Source: a virus
Reading direction: 5' to 3' (one strand)
DNA length: 64,000 nt
Virus record (IMG/VR): IMGVR_UViG_3300042731_009409
Location: 29,817-93,816 of that record
The position numbers and the translations under genes are program-made. This document shows positions 39,812 to 49,553 of the stretch, one piece after another. The notes below the pieces were generated by a model that ran no database searches, was not told the DNA's origin, and saw only the letters and a program-made list of their open reading frames with translations. Position 1 is the stretch's first letter. Each line of letters starts with the position of its first letter.

Positions 39812-39860
39812 TTTTTTCCTTTCTATAAAAAAATTGTCTAGTTTTCAAATTCGGTAGGTT

Positions 39861-40145
39861 TTAAAAACGGATCGTCGAATCCTTAAACAAAAACCCTTGG
39901 CATACCGAAAAATGTACAGCTTTTCCACTCGGATTTTTTCCAATCATGTCAAATTTTGCAGCATCTGAATTGCTACAACCCTGCAAAGCAACAAATAAAT
40001 AATGATGTTGCAAAACATTAACTTCCGAAAACCCCGCTTTCACAGACGCTTCAATGGCAGATTCTGGCGCATTACACGAACCCCTTACTGTCAAAAGAAT
40101 TAAAAGCAAAACCATAACAATCGAATAAAACAGTTTTGAATACAT
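39861..40145 (-). CDS. Small secreted or membrane-anchored phage protein
   Basis: N-terminal TM; GCSNSD...NPSGKAVHFSVCQGFLFKDSTIRF. Confidence 0.7.
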   Translation of the reverse strand: MYSKLFYSIVMVLLLILLTVRGSCNAPESAIEASVKAGFSEVNVLQHHYLFVALQGCSNSDAAKFDMIGKNPSGKAVHFSVCQGFLFKDSTIRF

Positions 40146-40236
40146 TTTTTTCCTTTCTATAAAAAAAATTGTCTAGTTTTTATAAAACAAAAAATATTTT
40201 TATTCAACAGATATTTATTGGTTTAAAAAGAAATGA

Positions 40237-41211
40237 TTAGTAGCATTCTGGGAGCAAATTAACAACGGTCAGAACCGCGTTGATTCGTTCGGCCAAACCG
40301 GTTTCTGGTGCTTTATCAGCATCCAACAAACGCAATTGTAAATTTTCTTGCATTGCAGCCTTTTCAATATTTGCTACATATTTCATACCTTTTAAAAACG
40401 CAATTTGATCGGCCTGAACTTGGATCGGACCATTGTTGATAATATGATCGGCCATTGGAAACCAATCATTTTTACCACACACATCGATCGTGGGAAGCAT
40501 CAGGTTGACACACAGATGGTCTCCACACTTAACCAGCGCATAATATTGGTTTGTCTCTTCATTTCCGCTGTGACAACAACGACACCACATCATATACTCC
40601 CCCGGAGGAATGTCCAATTCGAAATGATTAACAATTTGGCCAGTGCCAGGCCAAATATTGATTCTCTTTGCGCCAACATAATTGCGCCAGTGAACACGCC
40701 ACCCTGAACCATCGGTAAAACAAAACGCAAGGTCGCAATTATTTGACGCCCCAAAGGAAATTGTACAATCAGGGCCACAGTCAATTGATTCAATCATGAT
40801 TTGCCCATCAACAATCGATACAATCGCCATATCTGATATTGCCGCTTTGATTTGGCAGGCAATTTGTTGCGGCGTGACAGCGGGCGCTGTAAATGTTACA
40901 CTTTTGGTAACGGAATATGCAATTCCCTTGCCATAAGTTGCACTTGCTGTATTCTCATCGGTTTTAAAACCATCAAAAACCAATTCCAATGTTTTAGTTG
41001 CTTGATCCGTCAAACTGCTATAATCAGTAATATCCCTTGCGATTGCAGGTTTTGCGTATTTTGATTTCAATTGCCCGATAACTTCCGGATAAAAGTCAAC
41101 CAGCCACTCACCCGAACCATTGCAGCGCTGAATAGCAAAGTCAATCATCCATGCTTCAAGCAATTTACCCGTTCTTCCCTTGATCCACGTGTTTAATGTA
41201 CCAGTAGTCAT
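40237..41211 (-). CDS. Hypothetical Cys-containing beta-rich protein
   Basis: 324 aa, visibly higher GC than flanks. Confidence 0.75.
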   Translation of the reverse strand: MTTGTLNTWIKGRTGKLLEAWMIDFAIQRCNGSGEWLVDFYPEVIGQLKSKYAKPAIARDITDYSSLTDQATKTLELVFDGFKTDENTASATYGKGIAYSVTKSVTFTAPAVTPQQIACQIKAAISDMAIVSIVDGQIMIESIDCGPDCTISFGASNNCDLAFCFTDGSGWRVHWRNYVGAKRINIWPGTGQIVNHFELDIPPGEYMMWCRCCHSGNEETNQYYALVKCGDHLCVNLMLPTIDVCGKNDWFPMADHIINNGPIQVQADQIAFLKGMKYVANIEKAAMQENLQLRLLDADKAPETGLAERINAVLTVVNLLPECY

Positions 41212-41600
41212 TTTTCTTCTCCTTTTTTTGGTAAAAATTTATTGTATGCATACGAGCGCAGTATAACAAAAGGACAAGAAAAATTCAACATTTGTTTTTA
41301 ATCAAATTTAGATATAATCGCAAATAAACCTAATGATCAAATTCCTTATAACCAGCTATTTGTATATTTATTTTTTCAAACAAAACCGGCTTAAGGGGAT
41401 CTTTTTCTGATATATAATGCAAAATGCCTTCCTTAATTTCAATTTCTTTCAGTTCACTATCTGTAAACTCTATATAACCAGAGATTTCCCCTTCTCCGAT
41501 TGGAAATGATTCTCCAGAAAGGTTTTTATTATATTCTAGTTCTCTTTACAACAAAATTCTTTTGTCATTTCCTTTTCCTTAAATTCTATTCCCATCTTCC

Positions 41601-41801
41601 TCATTTCCTCTTTGCTATCAATTTTTTCCACTCTTCAATACACAAATCACGTGCCATTTCCATTTTGATTATGTCTTGTCGTTCGGTTGGCCACATGTAA
41701 AAACAATTTTCTTCAGTAAAATACTCCTCGATTTCTTCTTCCGATTCGAAATCTTCTACTTTCTTTTTTCCTAACCATTCGCCCAAAATAATAACCTTCA
41801 T
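41601..41801 (-). CDS. Hypothetical protein
   Basis: AGGA RBS, downstream of promoter-like cassette. Confidence 0.55.
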   Translation of the reverse strand: MKVIILGEWLGKKKVEDFESEEEIEEYFTEENCFYMWPTERQDIIKMEMARDLCIEEWKKLIAKRK

Positions 41802-41895
41802 TTTTTCTTATCCTTCTGGAATAATGTTTCCCGCTCATATTATAAATATGACATAGTACTTTTATTTTTCTTTATGAAATATCAAAAACAATTCT

Positions 41896-42297
41896 TTAAA
41901 ACCCCCAATTCCAAGTTTTAGTAATTGGATTATAAACCATACCTTTATTGTCATCTTCCTTTTCTATTCTACAATTAAGTATCTTGTCTTTTGCTTCCGC
42001 AAAAGTTAATATATTATTTGTTCCTGAGTAAAAATATTTAAACATTTTAAGTAATCCTTGTTTTGTTGTCCTGGTGTAATAGTGACTTAAATAATTGTCT
42101 TTCAGGAGCAAAACATTATACGTACCAAATCTTGGGGCATATTTAGTCGGTTTACCCACACCTTTCGCCCAAACAAAGTCGGTATTTTCTTCCAACCACT
42201 GGAGAATTTCTTTAAGTTCTTCTACCGTTCTATATTCGATTAATATTATCTCTTTTAGTTGGTTTATTTCACTTTTTCTGTGTATATCAGTTCTCAT
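41896..42297 (-). CDS. Hypothetical protein, paralog of 49191..49553
   Basis: EILQWLEENTDF and GMVYNP..WNWGF shared; start moved from 42330 to MRTDI at 42297. Confidence 0.75.
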   Translation of the reverse strand: MRTDIHRKSEINQLKEIILIEYRTVEELKEILQWLEENTDFVWAKGVGKPTKYAPRFGTYNVLLLKDNYLSHYYTRTTKQGLLKMFKYFYSGTNNILTFAEAKDKILNCRIEKEDDNKGMVYNPITKTWNWGF

Positions 42298-42336
42298 TCT
42301 TTTCCCCTTTGTTTGTATTTCCCGACTCATATTATG

Positions 42337-42364
42337 AATATGACATAGCGTTTGGCTGGTGCAA
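42337..42364 (-). promoter_or_regulatory. Class A repeated promoter
   Basis: TTGCAC-N16-CATATT. Confidence 0.7.
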
Positions 42365-42367
42365 GTA

Positions 42368-42910
42368 TTATTTTGATTTTATTAATATGTCGTTCTCATC
42401 TCTCACCCAAGCTTTTCCAAATGGTTGATTTTTATAATGCGAGCCAATCCCCTGTAACAGTTTTAACCGAAGCACTTCCTCCGCTTCCATACCGAGATGT
42501 TTAGCAATTTGTTTTTCTTTCCAACCTAGTGTTAACAATTTTTCTACCATATCCCCCATTAAATCTATTTGATGTTTTCCTCTAGCCCGATTATGTCTTA
42601 TCGTTGACGCCATGCGATCTTTTATATTTTTATTTATAACAACAATAGGAATTTTCTCGCATTTAAATTCTCTAGTCAAAACTATAAAACGATGGAATCC
42701 ATCTACAACTATATATTTATTTATTTCCGAATCAAAATAAGTAACTATAGGTTGCGTAACACCATCCTCAGAAATAGAGTGTTTCAGTAAAGATAATTCC
42801 TTGCTTGCAACTTTGTTAGGGTTATAATCATTTGAAATAACTCTGTTTGATTCTACCATTTTAACTTTCAAAACCGGGAATTTTATTTTTTTCATAATAT
42901 TTTCATCCAT
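42368..42910 (-). CDS. ibrB: IbrB-like ParB/Srx-domain protein
   Basis: NDYNPNKVA...SISEDGVTQPIV...VVDGFHR...MASTIRHNRARGKH. Confidence 0.9.
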   Translation of the reverse strand: MDENIMKKIKFPVLKVKMVESNRVISNDYNPNKVASKELSLLKHSISEDGVTQPIVTYFDSEINKYIVVDGFHRFIVLTREFKCEKIPIVVINKNIKDRMASTIRHNRARGKHQIDLMGDMVEKLLTLGWKEKQIAKHLGMEAEEVLRLKLLQGIGSHYKNQPFGKAWVRDENDILIKSK

Positions 42911-43983
42911 TTTTCTTTTATATTTTCTGTTTTTTCTTTTGTTTTAGAAGTATTGACGGAAATATTGTTTTCCCAATCATTTATCAACAACTGTCTGACT
43001 TGTTGTCTATGGACATTTATATCATTAGGTTGTTTATCAAATCTATTTTTAAATCTTTTCTTCCTATGCTCGGCCATTTCTTCTAATAAAAAATTTCTAT
43101 ATTCCAACCATGATTTAAATTTTTTCGGCAATTTTTTTGCAGAATACATTTGGTGTTCTTTCGAATATATCCCTGCTGTATGGGCACCTTTTATTCTTTT
43201 TGTTAATTTATCATAATTCTCTGGTTCGAATTCTTGAAGTGTAGCCAGGCTTTTATATGATTTTTCGTGCAACAAAAAACTCACTCTAAAATCATTTATA
43301 CTTACATTTTTCACCCATAAATAATCATATATTCTATTATATTCTATATTATATTTCCCCATATATGTCCAAATATCTTCAAAAGACCAATCATAAACTG
43401 GATAGAATCTGATTGATTTTCCTTTTCCTTTTGACGACCAATTAATATTTTTTATTGCCGGATTTCTAGTTACAGCACCAAATCTATTCAAACTTTCTTC
43501 TGTTCTCAATCCGACAAGAAATGCAGTTTTTTTATCTTGGATTCCTTCAAACCAATCCATAAAATCATAAAATCTTTCTGGTGCATTTGGTTCGCTGTGT
43601 ATTGCTATAGAATCTTTTTCTCTCAACCAATTTTCGTTTTTTCCCCAAGCATAAAACCATTCGCTTTCGTAAGATGTTGCATTTGTCATTTTTATTGGTA
43701 CCTGATACCAGTAAGGTTCTACATTTTTTTTATTCATTATTTGTTTTACAACCTTTATGCTAGAATCATATTCTGCTTCTTGATCCAAAAAAAATACCTT
43801 AATAATTCTGTCAGATTCTAAAGCAATTTTATACGCTATTTCAAATACAACATGACTATCTTTTCCGCCCGAAATTGATACTATTATGTTTTCATATTTA
43901 TTGAAAATCCATCTTATTCTTTTTTTTGCCGCTTCTAAAACGTTACAATTTATATATAATTTTCTACCATCTTTATTTTTCAT
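42892..43983 (-). CDS. ibrA: IbrA-like PAPS-reductase/PP-loop protein (DUF3440-type)
   Basis: VSISGGKDS, FFLDQEAEY, LVGLRTEESLNRF, YPVYDWSFEDIW. Confidence 0.9.
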   Translation of the reverse strand: MKNKDGRKLYINCNVLEAAKKRIRWIFNKYENIIVSISGGKDSHVVFEIAYKIALESDRIIKVFFLDQEAEYDSSIKVVKQIMNKKNVEPYWYQVPIKMTNATSYESEWFYAWGKNENWLREKDSIAIHSEPNAPERFYDFMDWFEGIQDKKTAFLVGLRTEESLNRFGAVTRNPAIKNINWSSKGKGKSIRFYPVYDWSFEDIWTYMGKYNIEYNRIYDYLWVKNVSINDFRVSFLLHEKSYKSLATLQEFEPENYDKLTKRIKGAHTAGIYSKEHQMYSAKKLPKKFKSWLEYRNFLLEEMAEHRKKRFKNRFDKQPNDINVHRQQVRQLLINDWENNISVNTSKTKEKTENIKEKWMKIL

Positions 43984-44998
43984 ATTTCCACAACTCCTTT
44001 GTATAAGAATCTATTTGATTTAATTCATTGTTTATTAAATTGAACAAATATTTGTCTACATTTGAATCGCCCAATATGTGAAAAACATTTTTACCTTCTG
44101 TCAACGTCATAGTGTCTAGAAAATAATAACTATTGGTTATTGGGCTTTCCATATATATAACATTTTGTATACCTGACAGATCAACATTGCCCAATTGATA
44201 AGAAATGGCTTTTGTATTCCTTATTTTATTTTTTTTTATTAATTTGTTTATGTTATTAGCATAATTTGATAGATTTGTATAAACAATCGTATTTTTCTTT
44301 AAATTCAACATCAACTCTAATAAAAACTCAAGTCTACTTTGATCTGCATGTGCTAAATCTGCCAATTTTGTAATTATTCTTCTATAAGACAAATCGGATT
44401 CAAAAAGACGTTTCTTTAATTTGGCATATTTTTTTTTCTCGTCATCGGTAGTATTAAATTTTTTTATTATTCTTTTAGTTGAAAAAAATTCATAATCTAT
44501 TTCTACATAATCTTTCGTCTTATACGCCAGCAAATCAGAATCGTGACAATGTTTTATTTTTCCGTTCCAATATTCTTCATAATTTTCTCTAAAAGCGTAC
44601 CAATGAGGATAACCTAATATTTGCCTCCCTATATAGCAAAATGTAGTATATATATATTCTTTTGATATTGTAAACGGAACTATATCTGTTATATAAGCAT
44701 TTTCTTCACCACACCTCATACTCAATCTCTGCAAATTTTGAAACTTTGGACTAGTTATTTTTGGATACCTGGTGGGGTTCTCCAACATTATTTTTACACC
44801 ATCACCAACCAAAGAATTTATATGCAACCAAACATCTTTATCATTTATAGATTCGTATGTGGTTTTATAAATTCCATCCAAATTAAAATTTTTTCTATCT
44901 AAATTTTTTGGATAGATGTATATTCCATTATTTTTTTCTAAAATCTTTTTTATAAAATCTTCTCTTCTTTTTTTAGATTTTGAAATAAAAATTTTCAT
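43973..44998 (-). CDS. Degenerate SNF2-like helicase paralog
   Basis: RQILGYPHWYAFRENYEEY parallels HKILGYRSFYSFANNHLEY of the adjacent SNF2; no Walker A/B visible. Confidence 0.65.
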   Translation of the reverse strand: MKIFISKSKKRREDFIKKILEKNNGIYIYPKNLDRKNFNLDGIYKTTYESINDKDVWLHINSLVGDGVKIMLENPTRYPKITSPKFQNLQRLSMRCGEENAYITDIVPFTISKEYIYTTFCYIGRQILGYPHWYAFRENYEEYWNGKIKHCHDSDLLAYKTKDYVEIDYEFFSTKRIIKKFNTTDDEKKKYAKLKKRLFESDLSYRRIITKLADLAHADQSRLEFLLELMLNLKKNTIVYTNLSNYANNINKLIKKNKIRNTKAISYQLGNVDLSGIQNVIYMESPITNSYYFLDTMTLTEGKNVFHILGDSNVDKYLFNLINNELNQIDSYTKELWKYEK

Positions 44999-46374
44999 AA
45001 TTCTTCAACTATTTTTTTTATATCATCAAAATTTTTACATTTTTCTAAAACTTTTCTAAATGTTTCAGAAGTATCTCTTTTTTTAGATATATTTGAACTT
45101 ATTTTGTCTTCGATACCACAATCAGCCCAAATACTAATGTAAAACACTTCGTTTTTTTGTCCTATTCTATGAATTCTATTTTCAGCTTGTATTCTATCTG
45201 AATATTTAAATTTATTATCATAAAATATACAATAAGAAGCATTTGTTAAATTCAAACCATAACCTCCAACACCATATGTTGCAACCAATATTCTGCCATT
45301 TTTTTTCCATTTTTCTATAACCGTATTTCTTGTTATATGGTCTATATTTCCGTTTATCAAAAAACAATTTTCAAGATTATTATAAATATATTCTGAACAT
45401 TTTAAATATTTGGTAAAAATTATAATTTTATCAGTTTTTTTTATTTCTTTTGTTATTGTTTTTAGCATACGAAATCTATTGTCAAAACAAACGGTTTCAC
45501 CATCTTCATTTATATATATCCCTGAAACAATTTTTTGTAAAGTAGAAAAAAGTTTAAATATATAAAAAGAATACATATATTCTTCACATGAACACATTTT
45601 GTCCAAAGCCAATTCTTTTTCTATTTCATAAGTCTTCCTTTGTAACTCTTCTAAATCAAAAATCTTATTTATATAATTTTTGTCTGGCAAATTCACATAT
45701 TCTTCTTTGGTAGCCTGGAAAATAAATGGTTTTATTTTGTTAGTCAATGTGTCTATATTAAAACTTCTAACAATCAAACCGGGATATTTATCGGAATACT
45801 CCAAATGATTATTTGCAAAACTATAAAAAGATCTATAACCAAGTATTTTATGACTTAAAAACTTCATTTGTGAAAACAAATCTACTATTCCTTGAGACAA
45901 TGGAGTTCCTGTCAATATAAAGCGATACCTTGATATAGATGATAATTCAGTTATCCTTTTCGTTCTTTTGCTGTTGTGTGTTTTTATATACAAAGATTCA
46001 TCAACAATTACAAATGTCTTTTCTGTAACCAAATTCGAAATAGAAAAATATACATTATTACTACTGCTAATTGATTCTATTCCAACACCATACCAATCAT
46101 ATTGCCTATTCGGTTTTTTCGAATAATCGAACAAATACAGATCAGGTTCGATTAAGTGTTTATTCAATTCGCTTTCAAAAGTTTTCAACAAAGAAACGGG
46201 ACAAAACCAAATTACTTTATCAATATTTTTTTGCCTTTGTTCTATAAGCAAAAACGCAGTAAATGTTTTGCCCAGACCCATATCCATAAACAAACCACCT
46301 ACTTTATTTTTTTTCAAATATTTTAACGCTTTTATTTGATGTTCAAGGGGTTTAGTTTTCAAACAAACTTTCAT
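44995..46374 (-). CDS. SNF2-family helicase/ATPase
   Basis: FMDMGLGKT, VIVDES, LTGTP, GGYGLNLT, QAENRIHRIGQ. Confidence 0.95.
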   Translation of the reverse strand: MKVCLKTKPLEHQIKALKYLKKNKVGGLFMDMGLGKTFTAFLLIEQRQKNIDKVIWFCPVSLLKTFESELNKHLIEPDLYLFDYSKKPNRQYDWYGVGIESISSSNNVYFSISNLVTEKTFVIVDESLYIKTHNSKRTKRITELSSISRYRFILTGTPLSQGIVDLFSQMKFLSHKILGYRSFYSFANNHLEYSDKYPGLIVRSFNIDTLTNKIKPFIFQATKEEYVNLPDKNYINKIFDLEELQRKTYEIEKELALDKMCSCEEYMYSFYIFKLFSTLQKIVSGIYINEDGETVCFDNRFRMLKTITKEIKKTDKIIIFTKYLKCSEYIYNNLENCFLINGNIDHITRNTVIEKWKKNGRILVATYGVGGYGLNLTNASYCIFYDNKFKYSDRIQAENRIHRIGQKNEVFYISIWADCGIEDKISSNISKKRDTSETFRKVLEKCKNFDDIKKIVEEL

Positions 46375-46978
46375 TTTTTATATCAGTATTTATTTCTACA
46401 TTTCCCTTTTTTAAAATAGAGTCGATTTCTTTAATACGTTGTACCAACCTTTCTCTTTCCTTTTTTAATGCTTCGGGATTGATGCTATTAGGTTCTATTA
46501 TATCTATGCTTGCCCAACATTTTTCTTCGCGCTTTATTTTTTTTGCTATGCCAAGCGGAATATCTCTCAGCTCTATTGTAGAATTTTCATCGAGCGATAC
46601 ATACCAGTTTTTTAGTGAACCTGCCGAATCCACATTGCCATTTTTCAAAATAGCTTTCCCGGACATTTTAGCACCAGAATCTCTTCCATAAGCTCGCGCA
46701 ATTTCTACCGGTCCACAAAATAATGCTTTTCTATATCCCGACTCTATTTTTGTGTTGTTTTTTAGTATTATACAACAATTTTCTTCTTTACCGGTTCCGT
46801 CTACACCAAAACAATCTAAAAGAACGTCCTTTATATCAGATTCGTCTCTTTCATCAAAAACCCAGCACTTGTCGATCGAATTCCATTTGCCATTTAGGTT
46901 TTTGGCAGTTGATATAAAATTTTTATTGTATGGCGTATACGTAAATAACTTACCATCTTTTTTTTTCAATTTTACCAT
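46352..46978 (-). CDS. Protein with N-terminal HARP-like domain
   Basis: TPYNKNFISTAKNLNGKWNSIDKCWVF. Confidence 0.65.
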   Translation of the reverse strand: MVKLKKKDGKLFTYTPYNKNFISTAKNLNGKWNSIDKCWVFDERDESDIKDVLLDCFGVDGTGKEENCCIILKNNTKIESGYRKALFCGPVEIARAYGRDSGAKMSGKAILKNGNVDSAGSLKNWYVSLDENSTIELRDIPLGIAKKIKREEKCWASIDIIEPNSINPEALKKERERLVQRIKEIDSILKKGNVEINTDIKNESLFEN

Positions 46979-46995
46979 TGTTTTATATTTTATGA

Positions 46996-47493
46996 TCAGT
47001 TAGCTTCACAATCACCAAAACAGTATGTTTCACACTTTTCACAATACCCAAAGCTGTTGGACAGCTCTGTTTCTTTGCAATCTGACTTTTTGTGTGCAAC
47101 AATCTCATTCCAATCAATAAACACGGAAAATGTACCGCCACCACACCACATACAATTAACAACCGCAACTGATATGGCTTTGGCAACAGAAACTTCTTTT
47201 TTGTCTAGCGTTGAACCAATTTTTTTGACAAAACCGTAATTATTATCGTTACGAATAGCAATGTTTCCAAATTTTTTTTGTAAGTTCTGGAAACATTCAT
47301 CTAATGATATACCATACAAATCGGTACTAGGTACCGATTTGTCATTGTCGACCGTACCATCATCTTTCAAAACAAGTTCATTCCAAAAATAGCCAGCAGC
47401 ATTTCTAGGACAGCCATCATAATCATCCGGGATAAGGTTTATTGTTTCGCGTTTCATTTTACTTTCTCCCTTTGTTTGTGTTTTGCTGTTCAT
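46996..47493 (-). CDS. Hypothetical protein with Cys pairs; start probably MKRETI
   Basis: CMWC, CEKC; first gene after class A promoter. Confidence 0.6.
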   Translation of the reverse strand: MNSKTQTKGESKMKRETINLIPDDYDGCPRNAAGYFWNELVLKDDGTVDNDKSVPSTDLYGISLDECFQNLQKKFGNIAIRNDNNYGFVKKIGSTLDKKEVSVAKAISVAVVNCMWCGGGTFSVFIDWNEIVAHKKSDCKETELSNSFGYCEKCETYCFGDCEAN

Positions 47494-47499
47494 AATATT

Positions 47500-47527
47500 A
47501 TTATGACACGGTATTTGGTTGGTGCAA
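47500..47527 (-). promoter_or_regulatory. Class A repeated promoter
   Basis: TTGCAC-N16-CATAAT with TG extension. Confidence 0.75.
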
Positions 47528-47561
47528 GTATTTTTCTTTATGAAATATCAAGAGCAATTCT

Positions 47562-48407
47562 TTATTCCGAAATTATTTTTGCGCCAGCTGGACGTTTAAA
47601 AAAAGCAAAGTGCTCGTCCCTTGTCCTACTCAGAGTAGCTTTCAAGCGCACCACTTTGCCTTTCAAACCTTGGCCCAGAAGATTCCCTGGGACAGTCCCA
47701 TTGGCCAGCCAAACCCCTTCCTCGGTCTCCACTTTGATCGTCATTCTGGTGTTTAATCCAAAGTTGGTGTGTGACGTCTTTGTACATAACACAACACCTT
47801 CGAATTCAACCCTGCCTTGTGGAGCCTTAACGTGTTTTTCTTCTGCCTTGTTTTTGCTTTCGTTAAACAGCTTGAAAACAAGATCAATCTGTTTTGCAGA
47901 TATATTACAATAGCGGTCAAATCTGCTTTTTATATCCTGTACAATATAATGGTCACACTCAAAAGCTTCTTTCAAACCCTGGTGCTTCGACAAAATTTCT
48001 TCTTTTTCAATATTTTTTCTGATCTTCTCAATTTCATAAGCTTTCAAGCCCTTGAGCTTTTTATATTTCGAATTAGCAATTTCTGAAACCATTCCATATT
48101 TACCGGCACAGATATGTCCAACGTGGATATGTTCACCAGTTTCGATATGTTTCCAGATCTCGCCATAGATATAACGTGTTCCACAAACCGTACACTTTCC
48201 CGTGCTGCCATGTAATGCAAAATTTACTTTTGCTATATTGCGCAGAGCAACAATACAACACGTTCCATCTTCTGAGTGTTTTTTTTCACAATTTATATTT
48301 TGAGAAGGAACTTCCCAACCATCAAATGTAGTGGCCAAAGAATAAGATAAAATATATTCATAATTTTCTGGTTTTATTTCACTTTTTCTGTGTATATCAG
48401 TTCTCAT
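47562..48407 (-). CDS. Hypothetical protein with Zn-finger and C-terminal OB-fold-like domain
   Basis: CTVCG...VGHICA; RVEFEGVVL...GKVVRLKATL. Confidence 0.75.
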   Translation of the reverse strand: MRTDIHRKSEIKPENYEYILSYSLATTFDGWEVPSQNINCEKKHSEDGTCCIVALRNIAKVNFALHGSTGKCTVCGTRYIYGEIWKHIETGEHIHVGHICAGKYGMVSEIANSKYKKLKGLKAYEIEKIRKNIEKEEILSKHQGLKEAFECDHYIVQDIKSRFDRYCNISAKQIDLVFKLFNESKNKAEEKHVKAPQGRVEFEGVVLCTKTSHTNFGLNTRMTIKVETEEGVWLANGTVPGNLLGQGLKGKVVRLKATLSRTRDEHFAFFKRPAGAKIISE

Positions 48408-48444
48408 TCTTTTTCCCTTTGTTTGTTGTGTCGTTCATATTATA

Positions 48445-48487
48445 AATATAGTTGATAAAATACTTCCATGCAACTGAACATTTGTTC
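48445..48487 (-). promoter_or_regulatory. Class B promoter with GAAC-N4-GTTC box (48476..48487)
   Basis: GAACAAATGTTC-AG-TTGCAT-N17-TATATT. Confidence 0.7.
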
Positions 48488-48960
48488 TAAAAAAGTATAT
48501 TTCTCACATAATCATCAATATAGGTTTCGGCACTAATTCTGGAACGAATAACATCAAACAGGTATTCAGTTCTAAGATATTGTCCCCTCCTTATATATTC
48601 TTCGATCGAATTGTCAAAAAACAAGTGTGTAAATTTTAATCCCAAAAACTCTCTTGGATAAGGACCAAGAATGATAAAATTCAGATTTTGAATAAAACCA
48701 CAAAAGTTTTTATATTCAAAATTAATACCCTTATCAGAGCACATATTTTGTAATCGCTTTGTCAAATATATAGTTGTATTTTTTGTATTACAAACCAACA
48801 CAACCGGACCTTTCTCTGATTTGAGCGCAAGATCAATTATTTTGTTCAGGATAATACTTGTTTTTCCTTTATTTGCATCCATTTTCACATTCCGTAGTAA
48901 ACAATGAGGTATATGCTCTACCTCCACATTTAGGACAGATACTGTTATATTCAGATTCAA
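48487..48960 (-). CDS. Hypothetical protein, possible degenerate P-loop fragment
   Basis: NKGKTS...GLKFTHLFFD. Confidence 0.5.
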   Translation of the reverse strand: MNLNITVSVLNVEVEHIPHCLLRNVKMDANKGKTSIILNKIIDLALKSEKGPVVLVCNTKNTTIYLTKRLQNMCSDKGINFEYKNFCGFIQNLNFIILGPYPREFLGLKFTHLFFDNSIEEYIRRGQYLRTEYLFDVIRSRISAETYIDDYVRNILF

Positions 48961-49297
48961 ATGGAGGCATTTTCGTTTCCGGAAGAGATAAATAAATATA
49001 TATAAAGAGTGTATCTAAAAAACTAGTTGTTAAAATAAAATTTATTTTTAGAGTATTATTTGTAAATTCGACAAGACCATTATTTAAGATATTTGTCACT
49101 TCGAGATAAGAACCTTTTGGTATTTTTGTTTTAGAGGAAAGTTCAAATTCCTTTAACACTTCAAACCTGTATCCTTTTTTATATTCCATTTTAAAACCCC
49201 CAGTTCCATTTACCTGATACTGGGTTATAGACCATACCTCTATTATGGTCTTCTTTTTCTTTTTCAACACCAAGAATTTTGTCTTTTGCTTCTTCAA
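48869..49297 (-). CDS. Hypothetical protein with C-terminal Zn-ribbon; start probably MEYKKG
   Basis: CPKCGG...CENGC. Confidence 0.55.
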   Translation of the reverse strand: MKKQKTKFLVLKKKKKTIIEVWSITQYQVNGTGGFKMEYKKGYRFEVLKEFELSSKTKIPKGSYLEVTNILNNGLVEFTNNTLKINFILTTSFLDTLFIYIYLSLPETKMPPFESEYNSICPKCGGRAYTSLFTTECENGCK

Positions 49298-49553
49298 AGG
49301 TTAATATTTCACGGATCCCCGAACAAGTTTTCAAAAAACCTAGTGCTTCTTTTTTTTTGTCGAAGCGGGCATAACCCAAAGTATCGTCGCTTATCAATAT
49401 CAGGATATTATAGTTCTTGATAAAATTGGGGATATATGCAGTTGGTTTATCCATGCTATAGTGCCAAATGAAATCAGTATTTTCTTCTAACCACTGGAGT
49501 ATTTCGTTTACTTCTTCTTTTGTTTTATATTCGATGGCAAATTTTTTTGACAT
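49191..49553 (-). CDS. Hypothetical protein (WLEENT family)
   Basis: Paralog of 41896..42297. Confidence 0.75.
   Translation of the reverse strand: MSKKFAIEYKTKEEVNEILQWLEENTDFIWHYSMDKPTAYIPNFIKNYNILILISDDTLGYARFDKKKEALGFLKTCSGIREILTFEEAKDKILGVEKEKEDHNRGMVYNPVSGKWNWGF

Noticed and set aside
48487-48960. Second terminase or helicase
   Set aside because: Only a degenerate GKTS and FFD resemblance in 157 aa; too short for a functional ATPase call
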